NCBI RefSeq assembly: GCF_036321535.1 | Contig: NC_087437.1 | Span: 118,298,001-118,362,000 of the forward strand | From: Camelus dromedarius | Lineage: Eukaryota | DNA: 64,000 bases | Direction of reading: 5' to 3' | Part shown: positions 26,960 through 40,740 of the stretch, piece by piece | Position numbering within the stretch: position 1 is the stretch's first letter | Layout: each line of letters opens with the position of its first letter | Position numbers and translations under genes: made by a program | The notes under the pieces: model-generated | What the model was told of the DNA's origin: nothing | Databases searched by the model: none | Seen by the model: the letters and a program-made list of their open reading frames with translations, nothing else

Positions 26960-27980
26960 TGAACACAGAATTGATAACAAAAAGACAATCAAGCCAATAG
27001 AAAAAATAGGCTCAGATCTTGAATTTGACAGTTCACAGAAGAGAAGGTAGCTAGGTAACCTGAGAAGTCACTCAACCACATTCATAGGCAACAAAATGTA
27101 AGTTTTGATAACAACAAGATGTTGCTTCTTACCACCAAATCACAAGGAATTAAAAGAAGTGGAAGTTCTAGGGAAGGGAGGGTATAGCTCAGTGGTCGGG
27201 TGTGCACTTGGCATGCATGAGGTCGTGGGTTCAATCCCCAGTACCTCTGTTTAAAAAAAAAAAAGAAGTGGAAATTCTAATGTTGGCAAGATGCGGGGAG
27301 AAAGGGCACTTTCAGACATTGCTGGTGGCAATGGGATGCTTTTGCAGCTTCCTTTATTTTTAACAGATTCTGGCAATATGTATTTTTAAAAAAACAAAAT
27401 GCAAAAGTGTGCTTCCCTTTCAACTTAGCAATCCTACTCTTGGGAATCTATCCTATTGAGGTAAAAAATAACTAGTACTTAAAAGCTATTTGTACAGTGC
27501 TATCCATTGCAGCATCGTTTGCTGAGACAACAGAAAGAGGGAAAAAAGAAAGAAAAAAGATACAGAAAGAAAATCATCTGAGTGCCCATCAATGAGGGAT
27601 ATTGAATAAATTTTGGAACATAAAAATATTGCGACATTACAGTAAAAAAAAGTGATGTGAGGACACTTCTACCACATTTAATTAAAAAGAGCAAGATGTG
27701 GAGGACTACATAAAACATCTCATTTTTTGTAAAACAAACAATAACAGAAACCCTGTATCTTTGTGCGCTTGTGTGTGTGCGTAAGCGAGTATGTGGATGT
27801 GTGCAGTCTTGTAAGAGTGGAAGATGATGACACCACTGCAAGTGTTTGTTACTGATTGGGCTGAGGTGGGGAGAGTGGGAGAAAGAAGGGAGAAAATAAC
27901 TTAAAGAAAATAAGAAATGGCTGATTTAGGAAAAAATACAGAATGCATAACATGATCTCATTTATGTAAAATATAAATGT
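26960..27980 (+). mobile_element. Old L1 (L1MC/ME-type) 3' fragment, interrupted by a SINE
   Basis: gacagttcacagaagagaa...agcaatcctactcttgggaatctatcct...attgcagcatcgtttg. Confidence 0.7.
27171..27260 (+). mobile_element. vic-1-type tRNA-derived SINE with 19-bp TSD
   Basis: ggggagggtatagctcagtgg-type A box, gggttcaatccccagtacctc B box, A tail; TSD aaaagaagtggaa(g/a)ttcta at 27152-27170 and 27261-27279. Confidence 0.9.
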
Positions 27981-30049
27981 CAAACTGAAAATTGTAGTTA
28001 TCTATGTACTGGAATATCTACTTTTTACTTGTTTACTATCCTTTTTGGGCTGTTTGATCCTGTTTATTTTCTTGATAAGAATATCTTAAATTAAATTGAA
28101 AGACGATAATGACATAAAATAAAGAACATTAGGAAGCCTGACAAGGTCTGGGTACCACAGTAACCACAGGGAGCAGCCTAGTGCGCATGCTGCCCCAAGA
28201 AGGCCATGTTCTCTGTCTCCCTCTCTCTTGACCTTTCTGGTCCAGCCTCGCTGAAATCCAGTTGTGAGCCCACTTTCCTCCGCAACTGTGGACTCGAGGG
28301 CTCATTCTTCCATATTGTTATTGATATTGTTACTTCTTCTTGCCGTCCACTTCCTCAGAGAGCCCCATGGGACATGAGACTTAGGCTTCACCTTCAGCTC
28401 CCATTGCACTGAAAGGGTACTGGATGAGAGCCCATTTCAAACTTTTCTCATCATAAATCTCCCTAAAGAGATTTACGTTCAGTCCCCCAGTCCCCTGAAG
28501 AGGGCTGAGCCGTGGGGTAGGGGAGGGGGCAGAAGCCAAGCCCAGAGGGGGTGACAGCAACAAAGCCCAGGGCTTACCTGGGGTAAGCTTCTGCAGAGGG
28601 GAAGGTTCAGGGGAGTGAGAGGGGGACTAGGTGGTTGTAGAAGAAACAGTGGAGAGCTTTCGTGGAAATCTGTGGTGGGAGAAGATGGAATGAAAGCGAG
28701 GTCCAGAGTCAAAGTCCACTGGGAAATCTTGCCCGAGATCAACTGTGCGAACTTGGTTTCCCTTCTGTTCAGCATCCTGCTTTGCAGAAACCTCACATGC
28801 ACTAAGGTGGCCGAGGGCCAGGTCCTCTTAGCTGAGGGAAGCCCAGGGCAGCAACTAAGCAAAACTCTTAGTCCACAAAATGGGCAATGACATCTTTATC
28901 CATGCCAGATTCTGTATGATTTTATCAAAGTTTAAGAAAGGTTTTGACGAACAACTCTCAACACTTTAACTTCTTTGTTGCTATTTCTCTAAGCACAGTA
29001 ATGACTATTAGTCCAGGAATGGGTATGAAGCAATTAAAAAATAAAAAAGTACTTGATTGCCAGAGTTATCAGTAGCTTTTGCTATCCATGACAAAAGTAA
29101 CCCAATCAATTTTCAGAAGACTCTTCAAAGTAGGTAAAAAACCTCAGAATATGATCTAAAACTAGGACCTTTACTCATTCACTTAACAAATATTTATTGA
29201 GCTCCTGCTATGGGCTAAGACTCGGGGCACATGAGATACATTGGTGAACTAAACAGAATCATTTCTCCTGTGATGCTTACTGTCAGCATTATGCCCATCA
29301 GATGGAAACTACTCACTCGTGTGTTTCCAAGAGCAACTCGAGGAGGAGAACTCATTAAATCCTAATTGATTTATATCCTGGTGTTGTTTTTGAGAGGTCT
29401 CTTCTCATGCAATTTACCATCATGGAAAGTGCCACCCACACACAAGTATGTAAGTGGATGAATGATCATTAAAGTGATGTTTGCAATAGCAAACTGGAAG
29501 TAAAAAAACAAAGCATCCACTACTGGTGGCCAGGTAAGTAAATAATGGTTCTCTGAGTTGCTGGACTACTATGCAGCCATTAAAAAGAAGAGGCAGCTTT
29601 AGACCTCATAGGACAGTATCTCCAGGATGTTTTGAAATTAAAAAAAGTAGGGTAGGAAAATGGTGGGATGGTATATTCACACTTATATAAAGAAATATGT
29701 ATACGTTTACACGTTTATACATGCATAGACAACTCATGGAGAGAGATAAGAAGCTATTACCCTGGGTTGTATCTCCAAAGGGGGACTGTAGTAGAACATG
29801 GGAGGGGCACATAAGTTCATGAAGTAGTCTTTCCCATCAAATAGATGTTTTCTTATTACTTTTATTTCATTTTACTCAGCATACGTATACTTTTTCAAAC
29901 AAAAGTCATTAGCATAAATATGTGTATGTGCAGTTGAACTGTAATAATTCTACCTAATAAAACAGAAAAAGGAAAAGAGATACTTCTTTCCTTTAAAAAA
30001 AAGTCATTAGCATAAAAATATATCAATGAGCTTTAAGAAATTACTAACA

Positions 30050-30195
30050 TTCTGTCCAATATGTTAGAACTATATGAACCAGTATGTCAGAACTAGTGTC
30101 TCTGCCACTGGCCACATGTAGCTATTTGCATTTAAAGGTGAATTTAAAGGGGCATTTCCATTATTGCAGACAGTTATGTTGGACAGTGCTGGATA
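30050..30195. mobile_element. MER3/MER33-type hAT MITE remnant
   Basis: ctgtccaata...gccactggccacatgtagctattt...ttggacagtgctg terminal signatures. Confidence 0.55.
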
Positions 30196-31969
30196 CTTGT
30201 CATGACTCTAGAGCCAGAGAAATTTTTTAGAAATATCTAAGCCTGCACTTTTCACAGTAGAGTGATGCAAGAAAAGAAAAACAAACAACAACAACAAAAC
30301 AAAAACAGTACAGAACAGATTCTGTATTACCGAACAAGACAGGCATTTCCTTAAATTGAATGTACATCTCTCCCTCTCTCACCCCTCAGTAATCAGAAAA
30401 AAGTGAGTAACTCATTCCTTCAACTTTTCACAGTCATGACTTAAGGATCTAAGTTATTTTGTGTATATTTTAAGTATTACAATGTCTGGGTACTTTTGCC
30501 CTGTGGAAACCTAAATTAATGTTTATTGATGCTATCTGAAAGTATAAAGTAATAAAAAAAAAAAACAAGCCCCAAATCATCTGATGTTTTCATTACTGTG
30601 TAAATACTGGTACCTCCTCACATTTTCAGATCACTCACACTTGTTTAGGTTTCTGAAGTCCCTCTTCACTCTGAGAAGCCACAGTGGTAATCCCAGCTGA
30701 GAGCTGAGTTGAGTAACTATGGTCCCCTAAGGGTTGTTAGCAGTATATTTAGTTCAATAAACTACAAACAACCAACAAGTTAGTTAGGGATTCCCCATCC
30801 ATTTCTACTCTGAAATTTTCATTTGTGTTTCTCAATCAGTCCAGTATCTATTTAAACCTCTCCCAGCACTCACACTGGCCCTTTGGTCAATCAAAGGCCA
30901 AGGAAGTCAACTTAAGACTTAGTAAGTCCGCTTCTTTCAATTAATGAAAGACAAATGCCAAATTAGTTCTTTTCCTTGCCCTTCAGTGAAAATAGCTGAT
31001 TCTAAAATTCTCTCCCTTCATGGGGCCACCTGAGTCCCAGCTGAAAGGGTATCAGAGCATCATCTGGCTGAAGACTTGCCCTCTGGGGAACTCTCTGTGG
31101 AGGACACTTTGTTAATAATAATAATACCTTTGACGCAGAGCCCTACACCCAGCCATCCCTTAGGTGGGGGTTTCCATGTCAACCACTAGAAGAAGAAGTG
31201 TGGATGAATACACAATATTCTTTCACTCAGTTTCTTGTTTCTATCTTTGGACTTCCCAGAAGGAACTGCAATGACCTGTCTTTGAGGAGAACACTTAGAA
31301 CCTGCGGAGAAAGCGCAAAGCTTTGTTTTTACCTCCAAGCAGGTATTCAGAATGACCTTCTTGCTGCCACGAAGGAATGTAAATCTCCCAACACTGCAGG
31401 CTCTCCCTTTTCTTATTCACAGACATTTATGAGAGTTAGCTTAGGAAAGCAACCTGATCTGAACACACCACACAAGAAAGCTAGGCAAAAATGGGGCCAG
31501 TCCAGCTCAAAAAGAACATCCTGTCTCGGGTCAGACATTTACTGGGATAGCCTCAAGCCAGGCCAGTGGAGGGAAGATGGGCAAATCAGTGTGTTTCTCC
31601 TATTCACTGTTTTCAGACTTGAAAAACCCAGCAAATACAATTCTGTATGGATCTGCCTCAATTTAGAAGGTGCAAAACAGTAAAACATGGTAGCATCAGT
31701 TTTATTTTTCTCTTTATCTACCAAAGTGCATGGAATACAAATTAAATACGTAAAGTACTGAAAAGTTTACATTTGTCAACCATTATCCAATCCTTTCCTA
31801 CAGGTAATTTTTATGTAAACATAGAAATAGTCCACTAACATGGTAACACTGCTAGGTTCTTCATAAATGAATTTTTCCATCATAAGTTGTCTTTTTGGTG
31901 AACAAAAGGAACTTCCTCAAATGAAGATTAGTATTTTCACTTTAAAGCCAGCCAGATGAGGGCTAACAA

Positions 31970-32140
31970 TTACTAGTGATGGGAACTTGAGCGACTCACT
32001 CAATCTTTCAAGGCTCCAGTTTCCTCATCTGCAAAGTGGGAATATCAACAGATCACGACCTGTAAGGTCCTTGTAAGGTTTCAACAAAGCATCATCTCTG
32101 CTCAGAACCGTGCCTGGCAAAGCTCATTGCAGATGAGTTA
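31970..32140 (+). mobile_element. MIR SINE
   Basis: ctccagtttcctcatctgcaaagtgggaat core. Confidence 0.75.
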
Positions 32141-35100
32141 TTATGTCCTGCCTTCTTAAGGAACGCAACCGGAACATAGCAGAATTTCTCTTGACCACTG
32201 AAGCTCATCATTGTGAACACCATGGTGTGGGTCAGAGGCCCACTTGTCCCTGAGCCTAGTGCTCCTACTGTGTTTGGGGACCTCTATTGCTTGGTGTTTG
32301 GGATCAGTTTTTGTTATGTCTCCCACTCCCATATCCACTGATGTCAATCTGCTATGAGCCAAGAGTCCAGGGAGCCAAATAAGTTACTATTCTGCTTAAG
32401 ACAAGTGTAAATGGGCTAAAGTCAGTGATACTCATGTTAGAATCCCCTGGAGAGGTTGGACTGGAGTAGGGTCAAGGCTTTGGCATTTCCTAAGTTCCCC
32501 AGATGATTCCAGCAGGCAGGTGGGTGGTAACCACTGCTGTAAAGGTCAATTTTCTCATTCTCTATTGACTGTCCAGGAAGCAGAGCAGTAACCAAGCTGC
32601 AGGAACTGTAGTGGGACAGAAGGTTCAGGATGTCCTGTCCAGCCGAAGAGCCAAGGTCACAGACTACTTTATGAATTCAAAGACAACCCCACTCTCTAAG
32701 GGAAGGCAGAGAAGAGGCACCAAGGCAAACTCATTCCTTCAGCCGGTACCAACTGAGTTACTGAGTTCCAGGTCCAGTGGATATGTTAGGAAATAAGACA
32801 GACACCAGTCCCCTGCATGCACAGAGAGGTAGGAAGGTCGAAGTGGGGCAAACAAAACATGGGGTATTGGTCTAACCAGCATGACAACTATCTTCAAGGG
32901 GCAGGATGGAAGCACACATTCATCATGTGGAGACTATTAGGGTGAAATGGAGACCAATCTTCATCTACTGTCATGGGAAGTTAATAGATCATGCCTAACA
33001 CTGGAGTTTTTAAAATGTTGCTATATAAGCATGTTAGTTCTAAACAAAGTGATCATTTTAAGTCAATTAGAAAGAGTTAAAAGTTATTTTCTTTAGGGTG
33101 AAGGAAAGAGAGGATGGAATGATATTTTTGTAGCAAATCTTGTAAACTATATGACTCTTCGGATTAAGTATATGTATAAGTCTGATAAAAAACATTTAAA
33201 AACATAAACATCTAAAGTCTAAACAAAAATAAACAATAAAATATAAAGAAATGCTTCTGGAGTGGTGGCACGTTGAGCTACATGGACCCTCTCCTCAGTG
33301 AAACAAACAAAAATAATTGGTAAATTTTTTTTTCTTAAATTGTGTCTTTAGAATTGTCCTAAAGGAATACAGCAAATGGAGAAACACTTATTCCAGAAAA
33401 TATACAAAATCTCAGTAAGAGTAGTGAGTGTCTGTAACATCTAAGCCATAACACGCTCCCTCTCCACCCGACTCGCACCTCAGTGTGACAGAAGGTCTAA
33501 TCCAGGCAGGTACAACCAAAAACATGGGGCTCCCAATTCCTTCAGTTTTCATCCCAAAGTTACAGTCTCTCCCCAGCACAAGGAAGCCACCAACATTTCT
33601 CATCCTTTTCCTCCTAGCTCTATGTTGCAGAAGTTCTATTCCAGGCAAGCATGGCCAAAATGTCTGGGGCTCCCTCTTCCACCCAGCCCCAAATTATAGG
33701 ATGGAAGTGTGACCCTTGCTTGGCACAACAGGCCAAGAATCCTGGGCCCTGACTGCCCTTATCCCAGCTCACTTGTTGGGTGGAAATTCCACGCCAGGAA
33801 AACCAAGCTGAGAATACCAGAGGCTACCACTCCTGTCCCACACCCTACTCATAAAGAAGGAGTGTCACTCCAAGAGAAGCAGGTCACTCTTCCTACTCCC
33901 AGCTCCAGAAAATATTACAGAAGCTCCTCCCAGGGGTAGATACAGGTTGTAAAAACAGAGAGCTCTACAGATATCCCTAAGGGGACTTACTTCATTTGGA
34001 ACGGAGCATAGGAAATTTCAAGCCACAAAGTACTGTCAAAAAAAAAATGGAGATTTTGTTGGTGAACAATTAAGAAGAGGCCCCATGATAGCAACAAGTG
34101 AAATGGGAGAAAAACTACAAGTTTAACAGAGAGAACTATGGAAAGAGAGTTAAGAAGAGTCATTCTAAAGTCAGAGCAAGCCTCATTGGCTTCAGATAAC
34201 ACCCTGAAAAACAGTCTGACTTTAATTGGATCAGACTGCGGAGCAATTTATGCCCCAGAGTGTTGTTGAACAACAACAGAGTAATCAGCTAGCAATTAAT
34301 GGAGCTAATAGCTGAGTGTGATACCAACAGAGGCAGAGCAGCCAGAAGCTCAACAGGGAAATTGAAGAAAGAGGTAGTCAATGACACAGTGTCCAAAACC
34401 AGTGTCATGCCTTGGGTGACTTTGTGCATGTCCCAGGCTTTACCTATGAGGGGTAACATCAAAGGTGGCACACTGCAGAGGAAATGGACTTCACTGGCAG
34501 GGCTCAGCCAAGTCACCAAGCAGATGAAAGTCAAACCAACAAGCCTCAGGGCACGGGGGTGGTTGGTCTCCAGACTTGCTGAGCGTCCATGTTTCAACAA
34601 CAAAAATATATGAAACATGCAATGAAAGAAGAAAGAGTAACACAGACACAGGAAAACTAAACAACAACAAAAACAAAATAAAAATAAAAATAAAATCCAG
34701 GCAGCAGAAACTGCCTTTGAGAGACACATATTTAGAGTTTAGCAGATAAAGACTTGAAAACAGCTCTTATAAAAAATGTTCAACAGGATACCAGGTTTCA
34801 GGAATTACAGAATGGCATAATAATGTCTCACCAAGGGGGAGAAGATCAACGAAGAGACAGTAATTATAAGAACAAGCCAAGTGAGAATTCTGGAGTTAAA
34901 AAGTAGGATAACCAAAATGAAAAATCCACTAAGGGCCTCAACAGTGGGTATGAGCTGGCAAAAGAACACATCTGTGGACTTAAACACGGGTCAATAGAGA
35001 CTATGCAATTTGCAGAACAGAGAGAAAAAAGAATGAGAAAAATTAACAGAAATCAGTGAACGTGGGAAATCATAAAGCACACCAACATAAGGGCAATGAG

Positions 35101-38100
35101 ACCATCAGAAGAGCAGAGAGAGAAAGGCACAGAGAACACTTCTTAAAAATAGCTGAAAACTGCACAGATTTAATACAAATCATTTACCTAAGAAACTCAA
35201 TGGACTCCAAGTCATACAAATCCAAGAGAGTTAAGCCCAGGCCCATTTTGGACAAAATGTTGAGTGCCAAAAACAAAGAGAAATCTTGAAACCAGCAAGA
35301 GAAAAATAATTTACCACATACAGGGAACTCCAATAACACGAACAGCTGACTTTTCATTAGAAACAATGGAAACCAAAGCAGTGGAATGGCATATTCAAAG
35401 TATTAAAAACAGCATACAAACAAAAAAAATCTGTCTACCAAAGCAAGAATCTTATACCTAGGAAGGCTATTTTTCTAAAGTGCAAGTGATATTAATAATA
35501 TTTCCAGAAAACCAAGTGAGCAAATTCTGGAAAAAAAAAAAAACTGAGCAAATTCATTACTAGCAGACCTACCTTGTAAGAAGTACTAAAGGAAGGTCTT
35601 CAGACAATACAGTTGACACTAGACAGTAGTCAAATTCATACAAAGAAGCAGGGAATGCCAATAAAGGTAATTATATAGTTAATTGTAGAAGAGAGTATAA
35701 TTGCATATTTCTTCTCCTTTCTTCTCTTAACTGATTTAAAAATCAATTGCATAAAATAACATGTATGCAATTGTATTATCAGTTCCATAACCTGCAGGTG
35801 GGAACAAATTGTATTGAAGGAAGAAAATGATAAAAGATTGTAACTCAAATCAGCAGAAAGAAATAAAGAGAAGCAGAAATGATAAATAAGAAGATTAATA
35901 TAACAAACTTATACAAAAAATAAGAGGAAGGCATGGAGTTATATAGAGTAACATTTCCATAATCTCATTTGAATTAAGTGAATATAAATTTAAAGGACAT
36001 TCTGCTAAGAAGATATATATTGTAAATCCTAGAGCAATCAATAAAGAAAAGATCCTGGAAAATAGAGTGAAAAATCATTAAAGAAATTAAATTTCTACAT
36101 TAGAAAATGTTCATTTAATGTAAAAGAAAGCAAAAAAGACATTAGACATACAGAAAATAAAAAGTAAAAGGGCAGGGAATTTCAACCATGTCAATAATAA
36201 GATTAAATGTGAATGAATTAAACATCTAACTAAAAGCAGAGATTGTCAGACTGGACAAAACAAAAACAAGATCCAACTATATGGTAACTGCAGAAGACAC
36301 ATGTTAAATTCAAAGATACAAACATATTGAAAGTAAGAGGGTGGAAAATGACATACAGTAATGGTAAAAAGAACTGGAGCAGCTATTTAAATATCAGATA
36401 AAATAGACTTTAAAGCAAAAAAAAAAGCTTCTAGAGAAAAAGAGGGAAATTTTATAGTGATAAAACATCAATTCTTCAATAGGCTATAGCAGTTATAAAT
36501 ATATATGACCTAACATCAGAGCCCCAGAATAGGTGAAACAAAAACTGACAGAATGGAAAAAAGGAATAGACAACACAGAAATAATTATTGAACACCTCAT
36601 GTTCAGTAATGGATATAACAACCAGGCAGAAGATCAGTGAAGGGGACTTGAACAACACCCTAAACCAACTAGACCTAACAGACATCTACCAAGCACTTCA
36701 CCTAACAAGAGCAGATTATACACTCTGCTCAAATGTACATGGGACATTCTCTGCATAGACCCTATGTGGGGCCATAAAACTAGCCTAAAGAAATTTACAA
36801 GGATTAAAATCACACAAATTATGTTCTCTGACCACATTGGAAAAAATTAGTAACCACAAATATTTAAATAATTGGAAATTAAATAACATGATGCTAAATT
36901 ATCAGTGGGTCAAAGAAGAAATGAAAATCGAAATCAGAAAATAGTTTGAGACAGTTGAAAATGAAAGACAAAATTTATGGAATGCAGATTAAGTGGTGCT
37001 TAGAGGAAATTTTATAGCTGCAAATGCCTATATTAAAAATAAGGAAGTTCTCAAATCAGTGACTTACACTTCCATTAAGACACTGGGGAAGAAAAAAAAT
37101 CAAACTAAACCTAAAGCAAGGAGATGGAAGGAGATAATAAAAAGTGATAAAAAATTAATGAAATAGGAAATAGAAAAAATCACAAAGTCAATAAAAACTT
37201 CTTCGAGAAGATTAACAAAATTAATAAGCCTTTACCTAGATTGACTTAGAAAAACGAAGATTCAAATTACTAAAATTAGAAAATAAACATAAGAGATTAC
37301 TAGTGATCTTCTAAAACATATTATAAGGAAATACTATGAAAAATGTATGCCAATAAATTGTATAACTTAACTGAAATGGGCAAATTCCTTGAAAAACACA
37401 AACTCCTGAAACTAACTCAAAAAGAAATAGAAAATCTAGACCTATAAGAAGTAAAGAGATTGAATTTGTCATCAAAACCCACAAAAAATGTTCAGGCTTA
37501 GGTGGCTTCACTGGTGAATTCCATCACATATTTTAAAATAATTAATACTAATTTTTCATGAGCTCATCCAAAAATTAGAAGTGGAAAGAACGTCTCCCAG
37601 TTCATTATATTAGGTCAATAGTAACCTGATAATAAAACCAGCCAAAAATATCACAGTAAAACTACAGACCAGCATCACTTGTGAATATAGATGCAAAAGT
37701 CCTTATTTAAATGTTAGAAAATGAATCAAACAACCCATAAAGAGGATTGTACATCATGAATGAGTAGCATTTATGCCAGGATGCAAGACTGGTTTAACAT
37801 CTGAAAATCAATTCATGTAACATGTGTCAATTGAATAAAGGGCAAAAACCCCCACAGGATCATCTCAATAAATGCAGAGAAAGCATTAGACAGGATTCAA
37901 CACTCTTCTGTAATAAAAGCACTCAGCAAACTGGGAACAAAAGGAAATTTTTTCAGTCTGATGAAGGGCATCTACAAAAACCCCACAGTTACTGTCGTAA
38001 TTAATGGTGAAAGACATTTCCCCCAAGATCAAGAACACGTCAGGGATGTTTGCTCTCACCACTGCTGTTCATTGCTGTACGGGAAGTTCTATCCAGGCGA

Positions 38101-38569
38101 TTGGAAAGGAAGAAACAAAACGACCTCTATTTGCAAATGACAATCTTGTATATAGAAAATCCTGAGGAATTCACCAAAAAAAATTAATAGAACAAATAAC
38201 AATTTGAGCAAGGATGCAGAATGCAAGGTGAATATACAAAAATCAATTGTATTTCTATACAATTTTCATAAGCAACCTGAACATAACATTAAGAAAACAA
38301 TTCCATTTACAACAACATCAAAAAGAATAAAATAATTGGAAGTATATTTAACAAGAGAAATGAAAAAGGTGCATTCTGAAAACTATTAAACATTGTTGAA
38401 AAAAGTAAAGAGCAAAAGTAAATGAAAAAAACCCCAAGTTTATAAATCAAAAGACAATAGTGATTTTTTTTGCTTTGTAGAAAAACTAGGGAATAATTCT
38501 TTAATAACATATTTTTATAAGTGACACATGAGAAGAAATTTTTTAAAATTTCACTCCATAGTTTCATTG

Positions 38570-39517
38570 TTTCCCTTCCAGTTTTATTGAGATATAATTG
38601 ACATAGAGCACTGTACAAGTGTAAGGTGTACAGCATAATAATTTAACTTACATGCATCATAAAATGATTACCACGATAAGTTTAGTGAAAATTCATCATC
38701 GGATATATTGTACAAAATAAAAGAAAAAGAAAATGTTTTTCCTTATGATGAGAAATACAAGGATTTACTCTCTTAAAAATTTTCGCATATAACATAGAGC
38801 AGTGTTAATTATATTTATCATGTTGGACATTACATCCCTTCTACTTATTTATCTTATAGCTGAAAGTTTGTACCTTTTGACCACCCTCATCCAATTCGCC
38901 CTCTCCCCTCCTCCCCTTCTGGTAACCACAAATCTGACCTCTTTCTCTATGAGTTTGTTTCTGAAGTATAATTGACCTACAACTACATGTGAATTCCTGG
39001 TGCACAACATAGTGTGTTACTGTTTCTACATATTTTAAAATAACCACTATGATAAGTTTAGTTATCATCTGTCATCATATAAAGATATTATTATTGACTA
39101 TATTCCCCATGCTGTATATTTCATACTCATGATTCATTTATTTTGCAACTGTAAATTTGTACCTCTTAATCTCCCTTCCCTATTAACTCTCATCTTTCCT
39201 CCTTTCCTTCTGGCAACCACTCATTTGTTCTCTGTATCTATAACTCTGTTTCTCTTTTTGTTTGCTCACTTGTATTTTTTACATTCCACATATAAGTGAA
39301 ATTACACAGTATTTGTCTTTCTCTGTCTGATTTATTTCACTTAGCATAATACACTCTAGGTCCATCCATGTTGTTGCAAATGGCAAAATTGCATTCTTTT
39401 TCGTGGCTGGGTAAAATACTATTGTATAGATACACACATCTTTATCGGTTCATCTGTTGTTGTGCATTTAGGTTGCTTCCATATCTTGGCTATTGTTAAT
39501 AATGCTGCAATGAACAT

Positions 39518-39575
<58 letters not shown>

Positions 39576-40345
39576 TTTCAAATTAATGTTTTTGTTTATT
39601 TTTGGATAAATACCCAGGAGTGGAATTACTAGATTATATGGTAGTTCTATTTTTAATTTTTTAAGGAACCTCCTTATTATTTTCCATACTGGCTGCATCA
39701 ATTTACATTTTCATGATGGTTTCCTTTTCTCCACATCCTCACCAACTTTTGTTATTTCTTGTCTTTTTTGTAACAGCCATTCTGACAAGTGTGAGGTAAT
39801 ATCTCATTGCGGTTTTGATTTGCATTTTCCTGATGATTAGTGATGTCTGAGCATCTTTTCATGTGCCTGCTGGCCATCTGTATGTCTTTGGAAAAATGTG
39901 TATTCAGATCCTCTCCCCGTTTTTCAATCGGGTTGTTTATTTTTTTGTTGTTGAGTTGTATAAGTTGTATAAGTATAATATTTTAGGATATTAACCCCTT
40001 ATTGGGTATATCATTTGCAAATAACTTGCCCCATTTTGTAGGCACTCTTTTCATCTTGTTGATAGTCTCCTTCACTATGTAAAAGCTTTTTAATTTGTTT
40101 GTTTTTCTTTTTTTCCCCTTGCCTGAGGAGACATACCAAAAAAATCTTGCTAAGACCAATGTCAAAGAGCATACTGCCTTTGTTTTCTTCTAGAAATTTT
40201 ATGGTTTTAAGTCTTACATTTGAGTCTTTAATCCATTTTGAGTTTATTTTTGTATATGGTGTGAGAAAGTAGTCCAGTTTGATTCTTTTTCATCCAGTTT
40301 TCCCAACACCATGTGTTAAAGAGGCTGCTTTTCCCCCAATGTATA
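38570..40345 (-). mobile_element. Younger 5'-truncated L1 inserted antisense in the older L1; contains (TA)n at about 39522-39572
   Basis: Minus-strand ORF2 C-terminal remnant 39468-39701 (QPVWKIIRRFLKKLKIELPYNLVIPLLGIYP); host ORF2 resumes at about 40346. Confidence 0.88.
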
Positions 40346-40543
40346 TTAAGATGACAATACTCCTCAAACTGACCTACAGATTCAGTGCAATCCCTATCAA
40401 AATATTGGATGGCTCTTTTGCAGAAATGGAGAAATTAGCCCTAAAATTTATAAGCAAATGAAAAGGAACAGAATAGTAAAAGCAATACTGAAAAGAAAGA
40501 ATGAAGTTGGAGGACTCATACTTCCTGATTACATAACTTACTA

Positions 40544-40740
40544 AGAAGAGAATAGATTTTTAAAGTTCTTATCAAAAGGGAAAAAAATAAAGATAGCCAC
40601 GTGAGGTTGAGAGATGTTAACTACGCTTATTGTGGTAATCATTCTGCAATATGTACATACATCAAATCATCATGTTGTACACTGTAAACTTATACAGTGT
40701 TATATGCCAATTAGATCTCAGTAAAACTGGGAGGGAAAAC
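40544..40740 (+). mobile_element. Short L1MA-type 3' end nested in the host L1
   Basis: gatgttaactacgcttattgtggtaatcattctgcaatatgtacatacatcaaatcatcatgttgtacac...agtaaaactggg; flanked by cttacta on both sides. Confidence 0.75.

Noticed and set aside
27171..27250. tRNA-like A/B boxes (also 43951, 47527, 55247)
   Set aside because: They have tails and TSDs and lack a proper acceptor stem; these are SINEs, not tRNA genes.
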